11,828 nucleotides of DNA, taken from the NCBI GenBank assembly GCA_913040915.1, contig CAJWHW010000039.1, forward strand, positions 1 through 11,828. Direction: 5' to 3'. The notes under the pieces are model-generated. The model saw only the letters and a list, made by a program, of their open reading frames with translations. It searched no databases and was not told the DNA's origin. This document shows, piece by piece, positions 1 through 8,102 of this stretch; position 1 is the stretch's first letter; each line of letters begins with the position of its first letter. The position numbers and the translations under genes are program-made. Origin of the DNA: an uncultured Fidelibacterota bacterium (GTDB lineage Bacteria; Fidelibacterota; Marinisomatia; Marinisomatales; UBA1611).

Positions 1-1484
1 GACTGTTTTTTATGCCTGTATTTTGCTCCACCATTTCCAAGGATTGTTTCCCTGTATGGTACTTTAGTTTCTTCCAAGTTGATGTCGATCCCAAAACGCC
101 TTTTAAGCCTTTCAGTCGTTACAGTCAAATGCAATTCACCCTGGCCAGAAATAATCGTCTGTTTAACTTCACTGTCCACACGGTAGACAAAAGTTGGATC
201 TTCTTCATGTAGAGTCGCTAAGCCAACAGCCAGTTTTTCTTCATCCCCTTTTGCAGTAGACTTAACTGCAGCATGAATATTTGGATTGGGGAAATTAATT
301 GGGGGCATGATAACTTGTTTACCGAAGCAAAGTGTGTTGCCTGTATGTGTATTTTTCAATTTTACTACACCAGCAATATCACCGGCTGATAACTGATCAA
401 CCTGAGTTCTATTCTTCCCATTTAATATAAACATCTGTCCAAATCGTTCATTTGACTTTCTATCAGAATTATAATAATCCTTGCCTGTTTGAACAGTTCC
501 GGAGTAAACCCTAAATAGAGATAATTCTCCTACATGGGATTCTGACATTGTTTTGAAAACCTGCATAACAGTATCAGAACCATCTAATGAAACTTCTAAA
601 TCATTTCCAGATTCATCATGAGCTTTAACTGTTTTCCTATCATCAGGTGATGATCCGTATTTCGCGATAAAATCACATACGCGGGCAACACCAATATTAG
701 TGGTTGCCGATGTACAGAATAGAGGAATAAACGTCTGATTCTGAATAGCCTCATGGATACCACCGCGCATTTCTTCTTCAGTCAAACTTCCTTCTTCAAA
801 GAATTTTTCTAAAAGTGTATCATCAGATTCTGCCACATATTCGATTAATTCTTCGTGTAGATTTTTAACCTGATCTTGTAATTCTTCAGGAAGTTCACCT
901 TCTGTCATCTTACCTGATCCATCCATTTGGTAGGTAATAAGTTCAGTACGAAGTACATCTACATTCTGGTTATAACCCGGTCCTGCATTCACTGGTAACT
1001 GCATAGGGAAAACATTATTACCAAACCGCCTTTTAGCCTGAGATAATATTTCATCAAATCTTGTGTGCTCACGATCTAAACCATTTACCACTAACATTTT
1101 TGGAATACCGAATTTGGTTGCCTGATTCCACATCATTTCAGTACCCACTTCAACACCGTTCACAGCATGAATTGGAATCAAAGCAAGATCAACTACAGAC
1201 ATGGACCCTATTGCTTCTCCAATAAAATCGGAATAACCTGGAGTATCTATCATATTAAACTTTTTACCCATCCATTCCAAATGAAGAGGAGTAGCATGGA
1301 TAGATATTTGACGTGATTTTTCTCCAGGATGGTAGTCTGAAGTTGTTGATCCATCTTCGACCTTGCCAAGCCGGTTAATCTCTCCGCCAAGTTTTAACAT
1401 AGCCTCTGCTAAACAGGTTTTTCCCGAAGCTCCATGTCCAACAATTGCAAAATTTCTTATGTCAGAAGATGAATATTGTCTCAT
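1..1484 (-). CDS. fusA: Elongation factor G paralog (EF-G II / FusA2 type), 3' end runs off the window
   Basis: Hand translation from ATG at 1484 gives an open frame to the window edge (~494 codons): MRQYSSSDIRNFAIVGHGASGKT...DYHPGEKSRQISI...IDTPGYSDF...VVNGLDRE...FRVYSG...EEDPTF...SGQGELHL...VPYRETI...HKKQ. These are EF-G domain I-IV signatures. GAGG lies 7 nt upstream of the start. Not in the ORF track because no stop codon falls in the window. Confidence 0.95.
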   Translation of the reverse strand, partial: MRQYSSSDIRNFAIVGHGASGKTCLAEAMLKLGGEINRLGKVEDGSTTSDYHPGEKSRQISIHATPLHLEWMGKKFNMIDTPGYSDFIGEAIGSMSVVDLALIPIHAVNGVEVGTEMMWNQATKFGIPKMLVVNGLDREHTRFDEILSQAKRRFGNNVFPMQLPVNAGPGYNQNVDVLRTELITYQMDGSGKMTEGELPEELQDQVKNLHEELIEYVAESDDTLLEKFFEEGSLTEEEMRGGIHEAIQNQTFIPLFCTSATTNIGVARVCDFIAKYGSSPDDRKTVKAHDESGNDLEVSLDGSDTVMQVFKTMSESHVGELSLFRVYSGTVQTGKDYYNSDRKSNERFGQMFILNGKNRTQVDQLSAGDIAGVVKLKNTHTGNTLCFGKQVIMPPINFPNPNIHAAVKSTAKGDEEKLAVGLATLHEEDPTFVYRVDSEVKQTIISGQGELHLTVTTERLKRRFGIDINLEETKVPYRETILGNGGAKYRHKKQ

Positions 1485-1530
1485 AAATCAGCCTCATTAT
1501 AGTCTTAAAACGTTAAATCGAAGGGTGTGG

Positions 1531-1560
1531 AGTGTACGATATCACCCCATCCAAAATCAA
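1531..1560 (-). promoter_or_regulatory. Candidate sigma70-type promoter for the EF-G paralog
   Basis: Minus strand TTGATT (1560-1555), 18-nt spacer, TACACT (1536-1531), then GC-rich CCACACCC. A second perfect TATAAT (1501-1496) sits just upstream of the GAGG. Confidence 0.4.
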
Positions 1561-1566
1561 GAAATT

Positions 1567-1827
1567 TTAAAGATCGAGAGAGCGAGACTCCTCTATATAT
1601 GCTCTCAGTGCTGGGACCACGTATATATTGTCCAGATTATACTCTAGAAAACTATTTGCCAGAGTCTTTAGCCGATGTTCTATTGGCTTCATATTATTCA
1701 CAACAATAACAGGTTCATCATTAACTACACAGTTGCCGCCGGTAAAATTACCTCTTCCCTTCAGAATTTTGACACCGAGGCGCTTTGCTAGTTCTTCAAA
1801 TTCTGTGAATAATTTTTCTTTTTTCAC
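1567..1827 (-). CDS. Small hypothetical protein (86 aa), resembling the ImmA/IrrE N-terminal region but lacking HExxH
   Basis: GTG start overlaps the manC stop (TAGTG), implying translational coupling. Globular-looking sequence with GGNCVVNDEPVIVVN...RLKTLA. Confidence 0.8.
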   Translation of the reverse strand: MKKEKLFTEFEELAKRLGVKILKGRGNFTGGNCVVNDEPVIVVNNMKPIEHRLKTLANSFLEYNLDNIYVVPALRAYIEESRSLDL

Positions 1828-2885
1828 TATATCAGATTCCGTAGGTCACTTTCCTTTAAAAAATCAACTAGTGATTTTACATTTTCAACTTTATCTCTGG
1901 GTACAACTAAAGTTGCATCTTCTGTATTGATCACAACAAGATTACTAGCGCCTACCACAGCTGTAAATTTTCCATTTGACTGAATTAGATTGTTTTTACC
2001 ATCCAAAACCTTTCCTTTACCGCGGACTATATTACCATTTTTACTAGAATTAAGAACATCATACAAGGCATTCCAGGAGCCCACGTCATTCCATTTGAAA
2101 TCCCCCGTGACCACATAAATATTATTAGCTTTTTCAAGAAGCCCGTAATCGATCGATTCCGCTTCAATATGACGCCAAATATCCTGGAACGGTTTTTCAT
2201 TTTTTAACCTTGGTCCAATTTCTTTTAATGACTCATACAGTAGGGGCATATGCTCTTCCAAAGCTGAAAAAAAGGTGTTTACTTTCCAAAAAAACATACC
2301 TGCATTCCATAAAAAATCACCACTGGCAATAAACCTATTTGCCAAATCTTGATGTGGCTTTTCTGCAAATGTTTTTACATGATATGCACCTAAATGATCT
2401 TCATGACTTGTATCATCGTACTGGATATAACCATAGGCTGTAGAAGGGTGATTTGGCTCAATACCTATTGTAACAAGATTTTCTCCTTTTTTGGCAAGAT
2501 GGAATGCAGTATTTACAGTTTTTTCAAATTTTTGGTGACCTACTATCAGATGGTCAGCTGGGAAAATACCCATGATAGCATCCGGTTCATCCTGACCAAT
2601 AAGAGCCCCAACCATTCCAATAGCCGGTGCTGTATTTTTACCGGAAGGTTCAGCTATTACATTCTTAGAATTGATCCCATTAATTTCTTTTAAAATGGAA
2701 TCATAAAGATCTTCCCGAGTAACTATATAAATATCAGTTACTTTTTTCATCTTTTTGAGTCGGTCAACAGTCATTTGCAACATGGACTGCTCACCTACAA
2801 TCTTTAACAGTTGCTTTGGTTTATGATGACGGCTATAGGGCCAGAATCGGGTTCCGCTGCCTCCAGCAAGAATGATACATTTCAT
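1827..2885 (-). CDS. manC: Mannose-1-phosphate guanylyltransferase (monofunctional, no C-terminal PMI cupin)
   Basis: IILAGGSGTRFWPYSR..PKQLL, EPSGKNTAPA, PADH, YGYI, FAEKP, WNAGMF, SIDYGLLEK, WNDVGSW motifs; 352 aa. Confidence 0.95.
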   Translation of the reverse strand: MKCIILAGGSGTRFWPYSRHHKPKQLLKIVGEQSMLQMTVDRLKKMKKVTDIYIVTREDLYDSILKEINGINSKNVIAEPSGKNTAPAIGMVGALIGQDEPDAIMGIFPADHLIVGHQKFEKTVNTAFHLAKKGENLVTIGIEPNHPSTAYGYIQYDDTSHEDHLGAYHVKTFAEKPHQDLANRFIASGDFLWNAGMFFWKVNTFFSALEEHMPLLYESLKEIGPRLKNEKPFQDIWRHIEAESIDYGLLEKANNIYVVTGDFKWNDVGSWNALYDVLNSSKNGNIVRGKGKVLDGKNNLIQSNGKFTAVVGASNLVVINTEDATLVVPRDKVENVKSLVDFLKESDLRNLI

Positions 2886-2886
2886 T

Positions 2887-4569
2887 TTATGGATTTTTCC
2901 CTAAATTAATTTGGTTCAGTTCCATATCCCAATTAGTCCGAATTTTTACTGTATCACTATATTCATAAAACCATTCGGATGAAATATAGGGTTGGACTTT
3001 CCCATGGGAATATTGATTATTCCCGTCACTATCTTGGAAAAACAAGAGTCTATAATTTCCTTCAGGAAGTTCATTCATTTCAAACATACCGGTCGAATTT
3101 ACTACGGATCGATATGTGTTGGGTTCTTTTTCCATGGATATCATTTCAGCCACAACACTTTCCATACCGTTATCAATTATGGATCCAATCAAACGTCCAT
3201 GTCCCTGAAATTCAGTTGTTTTAAATGAAATTACCACTAAGGAATCCTTTAATGACCTACTGTGGATTGGTAAAATTTTATCCCTGAATACATTCAAGGT
3301 ATATTTAGTCTCCGGCATCCAGTTTTCTATTGGTGATAACAAACCATGCTTGGGTGAGACCCAATTTACTTCACAGGGAATTGGAATAGAATCCTGAACA
3401 ACCGTAAATGGATTTTTCATATTTACTGTATCAACTAATCCCGAAAAAACAAATAAAACTGGAACAATTTTTTCCTTTTCAATAGTTAATTCAAAATTTT
3501 TTTTAGGCGTAATAACTTGTGTAAAAGAAGTATCCCTAGAAGTATCAACTTTTACTTTAACCAAACCTGTATCAATGATGGAATAATCTCCCTGCTGTAG
3601 CCCATTAGTCACAAAGGACATATACTTACTCTTCTTGAAATCTGGAAGGGTCAAATGGAGTCTCGTCCCATCCAAAGGGTCAAGAAAAGTTTCTGGAACT
3701 ATCATCGCTGAATCATCTGCCATGGCTTTAATTTGGAAGGCAGACTCCCAAGTATCAATTTGATCAGTAAAAGTTAAAGTTACCCAATTTCCGCTTCGCC
3801 ACTGCCCCTGAGCTAATTTGATGCTACCCATTTTATCTGGAATTTGGATATTGTGATTTGATGATTCTTTTTCATTCCCCAACTGAATAAATGGATCCCA
3901 TGTCAGACCATACAATACTCTTTCCGGTACGATTGGAATACCAGATGCCGTTTGGTCTACAGCTGCTAAACGATAATTCCCATCTGATAAGAATTTAAAT
4001 TCATAATGTCCGCTGTCAGAAGCATCTACAACATAATCTGGAATCCGCTGATAAAATTGAGTGAAATCTTTTTCACCTCGTAACTTCCATAATTGAACTG
4101 CTACTGCCTTACTATGGGTAACCGTCCCAGAGATTTTACCTTGATCTATTTTATCACCTGTTGAATAGGCTACCTGTATCCCCTGTGCCAAGGGAACTTT
4201 ATGTTCATCTTTTAGTGTACGGTCGATGGAAATGATATAGGTTTGATCAGTTGCAAGTGAATCTGGCATTTCAATGAAAATTCTTCGTCCTTTATAAATA
4301 GTTTCCAGCTGGGGATTAAAAATCGGCAACACACGAATTGCTTTTTCGACCGAATTCTCATCAATGTATTCAGAAAAAATTAGTTCAATCCTTCCACCCT
4401 TAAATAGTACCGTTTCATTAGAAGGTATTGTTTCAATCAATTCAGGTGGTGTCTCATCTTTTGGACCGCCAGGCGGAGCCTGTATAGCTGCACAGGACAT
4501 AAAAATCAACATCCCTAAAATCAAAAATACTATTTTTAACATATGAATTTTTAAAATCAAAAAATACAT
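2887..4569 (-). CDS. Lipoprotein with Ig-like (Big_5-type) and beta-sandwich domains; start may be ATG at 4542
   Basis: Hydrophobic signal ending in lipobox-like FMSC, followed by A..APPGGPKDETPP, I.L.FSEY, and C-terminal LPEGNYRLLFFQDSDGN...E....DTVKIRTNWD. This is typical of FCB-group Ig-like domain lipoproteins. Its stop lies 1 nt from the manC start. Confidence 0.85.
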   Translation of the reverse strand: MYFLILKIHMLKIVFLILGMLIFMSCAAIQAPPGGPKDETPPELIETIPSNETVLFKGGRIELIFSEYIDENSVEKAIRVLPIFNPQLETIYKGRRIFIEMPDSLATDQTYIISIDRTLKDEHKVPLAQGIQVAYSTGDKIDQGKISGTVTHSKAVAVQLWKLRGEKDFTQFYQRIPDYVVDASDSGHYEFKFLSDGNYRLAAVDQTASGIPIVPERVLYGLTWDPFIQLGNEKESSNHNIQIPDKMGSIKLAQGQWRSGNWVTLTFTDQIDTWESAFQIKAMADDSAMIVPETFLDPLDGTRLHLTLPDFKKSKYMSFVTNGLQQGDYSIIDTGLVKVKVDTSRDTSFTQVITPKKNFELTIEKEKIVPVLFVFSGLVDTVNMKNPFTVVQDSIPIPCEVNWVSPKHGLLSPIENWMPETKYTLNVFRDKILPIHSRSLKDSLVVISFKTTEFQGHGRLIGSIIDNGMESVVAEMISMEKEPNTYRSVVNSTGMFEMNELPEGNYRLLFFQDSDGNNQYSHGKVQPYISSEWFYEYSDTVKIRTNWDMELNQINLGKNP

Positions 4570-4606
4570 CTCTGCTTCTTTAGATACGATCTGTTTAACT
4601 CATACT

Positions 4607-5305
4607 TCATCCCAAATTTACTGGAACTTCTTCATTATATGTCATTTCTGTTTCAGAGACATTTAAGGTAATACACCAAACATGTACCCCAGCGACATGG
4701 GCATCTAAAACTGCCCGAGCCAATTTTGGATCTCGCCGCCACATTGGCTGAAATGATTTAGCATCAGGGCGCTGGCAAACGAATAAAATCCCAGCACGCC
4801 CCCCATTTTCAACCAGTGTTTTTAAAGCAAGTGCGTGCTTCGCTCCGCGCTCAGTAACTGCATCGGGAAATTGAGCAATACTATTTTCCACAAAAGTTAC
4901 TGATTTCACTTCTAGAAAAAAATCACATCCCTTTGGATCTTTTAACAAGAAGTCAAATCGATGACTCCCCATCGAGATTTCAGGTTTAACCAAGGTAAAA
5001 TCATTAAAAATAGGAATTTCATTTTTCTGCAATGCTTCTTTCACAAATTGGTTTGGTAATGTAGTGACGAGAGAAATGAGTTGACCTTCCTGTCGTACCA
5101 TAATCGTGGAATATTTGGTTTTTCTATCTGAATTATTAGGTGCAGGTCTGACAAGGAGTTCTGCACCAGGAATCAGTAGCTCTTTTAAGCGACCAGGATC
5201 TGCCAGATGGCTTTGATATTTTTTGCCCTCGATTTCTACAATGGTTATAAATCGATTAGGACGCTCAATAAATATTGCTTCTAAAAGTGGGCCTTCTATT
5301 TTCAT
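4607..5305 (-). CDS. sfsA: DNA/RNA nuclease SfsA (sugar fermentation stimulation protein)
   Basis: FIERPNRF, HLADPGRLKELL.PG, RFDFLL, FLEVKSVT, FPDAVTERGAKH, FVCQR motifs. ATG at 5305 preferred over TTG at 5308. Confidence 0.95.
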   Translation of the reverse strand: MKIEGPLLEAIFIERPNRFITIVEIEGKKYQSHLADPGRLKELLIPGAELLVRPAPNNSDRKTKYSTIMVRQEGQLISLVTTLPNQFVKEALQKNEIPIFNDFTLVKPEISMGSHRFDFLLKDPKGCDFFLEVKSVTFVENSIAQFPDAVTERGAKHALALKTLVENGGRAGILFVCQRPDAKSFQPMWRRDPKLARAVLDAHVAGVHVWCITLNVSETEMTYNEEVPVNLG

Positions 5306-5308
5306 CAA

Positions 5309-5465
5309 ACCAGTGGATTAAAATGCCGCAAAGTTTACAATATTTTCTAATATTTTTGTGGGTACATATTAAAGTATTAAAATTTTCACATAAAGTATAT
5401 TATTTTGTTAATTCATAATTATTACGTATTTTATTCGGTATATTTATTATTTTATAGCAGTTTTT
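5309..5465. promoter_or_regulatory. Divergent promoter region between sfsA and the Lrp-led operon
   Basis: Extremely AT-rich intergenic between head-to-head genes. Minus-strand -10-like TAAACT (5337-5332) followed by GC-rich TTGCGGC. Plus-strand -10-like TATATT (5439-5444). Direct repeats TAAAGTAT at 5370 and 5391. Confidence 0.65.
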
Positions 5466-5924
5466 ATGTTTTTAGACCCAAAAGACAAACAACTCATTGA
5501 TGAGCTTCAAGTCAATAGTCGCATCACTAATGCAGAATTGTCCAAACGCGTGGGGCTTTCTCCTTCCAGTACACTTGAACGAGTTAAAAAATTGGAAGCC
5601 AGCGGACTCATTGAGAAATATATCACGATGCTTAATCCCAGGATGGCCGGTTATTCCTGCTTTACTTTTGTGGAAATCAAATTAGCCAGACACGGGGAAA
5701 CACCTGTAGAAAATTTCTTCAAATCTATTGCCAATATCCCAGAAGTACTGGAATGTCATCACATCACTGGCGAAGCTGATTTCCTATTAAAAATAGCTAC
5801 CAGAGATATACCGGCTTATGAAGAACTAATCCTTCATCAATTATCTGCCCTGCCTAATGTTCAAAATATGAAAACATCTGTGGTTTTATCCACATTTAAA
5901 AATGAGACTAAGTTAGTTTTATAG
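5466..5924 (+). CDS. Lrp/AsnC-family transcriptional regulator (probable regulator of the tyrosine catabolic operon)
   Basis: LDPKDKQLIDELQVNSRITNAELSKRVGLSPSSTLERVKKLEASGLI helix-turn-helix; PEVLECHHITGEADFLLK effector (RAM) domain; 152 aa. Confidence 0.95.
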   Translation: MFLDPKDKQLIDELQVNSRITNAELSKRVGLSPSSTLERVKKLEASGLIEKYITMLNPRMAGYSCFTFVEIKLARHGETPVENFFKSIANIPEVLECHHITGEADFLLKIATRDIPAYEELILHQLSALPNVQNMKTSVVLSTFKNETKLVL

Positions 5925-5925
5925 T

Positions 5926-7011
5926 ATGCCCCTCGTTCCATCATACATCCAGAAACTATCTAACTACAAACCTGGTAAATCTATTTCGGAAGCTCAAAGA
6001 GAATTAGGCATTTCTGATTTTATAAAACTAGCTTCGAATGAAAATCCACTTGGCCCATCACCAAATGGGATACAAGCAATTCAAGATTCACTGAAAAATA
6101 TTCACCGCTATCCCGATGCAACCGGGTACAAACTACGAACAAAATTAGCAGAGCGCTTTCATGTAAAGCTAGACAATGTGGTTTTGGGTGCTGGTTCGGA
6201 GGGAATCATGTCCACTATCATGCGGACATTTCTCTTAGGCGATGATGAACTCATTAGCGCAGCCAATTCATTTATCGGATTTCGCGTATTAGCTAATGCA
6301 TCCGGAAGGCGTGTCCATTGGGTACCTATGAAAAATTACCACTACGATCTGGAAGCCATGGCAGACAAAATTTCTGATTATACCAAAATTATCTATATTG
6401 CTAATCCAGATAATCCTATGGGGACAACCATTACAAAGCAGGAATTTGATGAATTTTATAATTATGTTCCCAGACGGGTGCTAATCATCCTAGATGAAGC
6501 ATACTATGAATTTGCAAGTGATTCACCTGACTATCCAGACTCTATGAGTTATCGTTATGACAATGTGATTACGCTTCGGACTTTTTCCAAGGCTTACGGA
6601 TTGGCTGGCGTTCGGATCGGTTATGGCTTTGCTCATGATGCACTGATTCAAAATTTAATGAAAGTAAAAGTGCCCTTTCAACCTTCTCTGTTGGCCCAGG
6701 CTGCCGGATTAGCGGCTTTAGATGATAAACAATTTTTAAAAAAAACATTAAACGCAAATCAAACAGGCATAACCTATTTGAAAAAAGAATTTAATTCTCT
6801 TGGAATTGAACAAATACCATCAGCAGCTAATTTTATTACTACTGTATGGAAAAATGAAAAACAAGCATCCAAGTTAACCAATTCTTTACTTAGGAAAGGT
6901 GTCATCGTGCGGCATCTTAAAGGATTCGGTTGGTCAAATTGTATTCGTATTTCTGTTGGACTGGAACCAGAAAATCAAAAATGTATTAAAAGTTTAAAGG
7001 AAATTCTATGA
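5926..7011 (+). CDS. hisC: HisC-family (class I/II PLP) aminotransferase; probably tyrosine/aromatic aminotransferase by context
   Basis: YKPGK, IKLASNENPLGPSP, RYPD, DEAYYEF, PLP-lysine motif RTFSKAYGLAGVRIGY, IRISVG. Starts 1 nt after the lrp stop and overlaps hppD (ATGA). Confidence 0.9.
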   Translation: MPLVPSYIQKLSNYKPGKSISEAQRELGISDFIKLASNENPLGPSPNGIQAIQDSLKNIHRYPDATGYKLRTKLAERFHVKLDNVVLGAGSEGIMSTIMRTFLLGDDELISAANSFIGFRVLANASGRRVHWVPMKNYHYDLEAMADKISDYTKIIYIANPDNPMGTTITKQEFDEFYNYVPRRVLIILDEAYYEFASDSPDYPDSMSYRYDNVITLRTFSKAYGLAGVRIGYGFAHDALIQNLMKVKVPFQPSLLAQAAGLAALDDKQFLKKTLNANQTGITYLKKEFNSLGIEQIPSAANFITTVWKNEKQASKLTNSLLRKGVIVRHLKGFGWSNCIRISVGLEPENQKCIKSLKEIL

Positions 7012-8102
7012 GCGATTTACCTTATAAAATTAACGGCTTCAACCATTGTGAACTCTATGTAAGTAATGCGAAACAAACTGCCTATTATTACCGCACCACA
7101 ATGGGGTTTCAGCCTGTCGCTTTTCGTGGTTTGGAAACAGGTAACAGAGAAAGTGTCAGTTATGTATTGAACCAAGATAGGATCAATTTGGTAATAACAT
7201 CACCATTAGAAAAAAATACTGAAATTGGTGCCCACATTGACCGTCATGGTGACGGGATGAAGGATGTGGCGTTTACTGTTAATGATGCTGAATCAGCCTG
7301 GAAGACATCTATCCAGCGCGGTGCAGAAAGCGCCTTTGAACCACAAGAGATTAAAGATGATAATGGCGAAGCTGTTATTTCTGCCATCCACACATTTGGT
7401 GATACGATACATTCTTTTGTAGAAAGAGAAAACTATAAAGGGGCTTTCCTTCCGGGATTTGAAACAAACGATTTTGGGGTTATAACACAATCTACAGGGT
7501 TAGTTCATATAGATCATATTGTTGGCAATCAGCCGGATGGTGAGATGAAGTCGGTTTGCGATTTTTATGAAAAAGTATTCGGTTGGCACCGTTTCTGGAG
7601 CGTGGATGATAAAGATATCAATACCGAGTATTCTGCATTAAGATCAATCGTCATGGCTAATGATAATGAAATTGTAAAAATGCCGATTAATGAACCTGCA
7701 GATGGTTTGAAAAAATCCCAGATTCAGGAATTCATTGATTATTATGAAACGGGCGGCATACAGCACATCGCACTCTCTACAAAAGACATTATTGCTACAG
7801 TACGTATGATGAGGAACAACGGTGTTGATTTTTTACCCACACCCAAATCTTACTATGAAAATCTCACAAATCGCATAGGCAAGATCGAAGAAGATATTTC
7901 TGTCTTAGCAGAATTAGGCATTCTGGTGGATAAGGATGAAAATGGATATATGCTTCAAATTTTTACACAGCCACTGCAAGATAGACCCACCATGTTTTTT
8001 GAAATTATTCAGCGGAAAGGGTCAAACAGTTTTGGGAAGGGGAATTTTAAAGCTTTATTTAAATCTATAGAAAGGGAACAAGAAAGAAGAGGAAATTTAT
8101 AA
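7008..8102 (+). CDS. hppD: 4-hydroxyphenylpyruvate dioxygenase
   Basis: HGDGMKDVAF, IDHIVGNQ, FWSVDD..TEYSALRS, MPINEPA, SQIQEF, GIQHIAL, LQIFT, FFEIIQR, FGKGNFKALF..IE; His/His/Glu iron triad present. Confidence 0.97.
   Translation: MSDLPYKINGFNHCELYVSNAKQTAYYYRTTMGFQPVAFRGLETGNRESVSYVLNQDRINLVITSPLEKNTEIGAHIDRHGDGMKDVAFTVNDAESAWKTSIQRGAESAFEPQEIKDDNGEAVISAIHTFGDTIHSFVERENYKGAFLPGFETNDFGVITQSTGLVHIDHIVGNQPDGEMKSVCDFYEKVFGWHRFWSVDDKDINTEYSALRSIVMANDNEIVKMPINEPADGLKKSQIQEFIDYYETGGIQHIALSTKDIIATVRMMRNNGVDFLPTPKSYYENLTNRIGKIEEDISVLAELGILVDKDENGYMLQIFTQPLQDRPTMFFEIIQRKGSNSFGKGNFKALFKSIEREQERRGNL

Noticed and set aside
12..1930. Plus-strand ORFs 12-212, 1363-1647, 1527-1709, 1628-1930
   Set aside because: Antisense shadows of the EF-G paralog, the 86-aa gene and manC; no recognisable motifs.
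2394..4546. Plus-strand ORFs 2394-2693, 2979-3224, 2992-3228, 4364-4546
   Set aside because: Antisense to well-supported manC and lipoprotein genes; atypical composition.
4607..5305. SfsA nuclease as part of an anti-phage defence system
   Set aside because: Ordinary stand-alone SfsA among housekeeping genes, with no methylase, ATPase or other defence partners.
7008..8102. Hydroxymandelate synthase or secondary-metabolite cluster interpretation
   Set aside because: Adjacent hmgA and FAH genes indicate catabolic HPPD; no biosynthetic genes are present.
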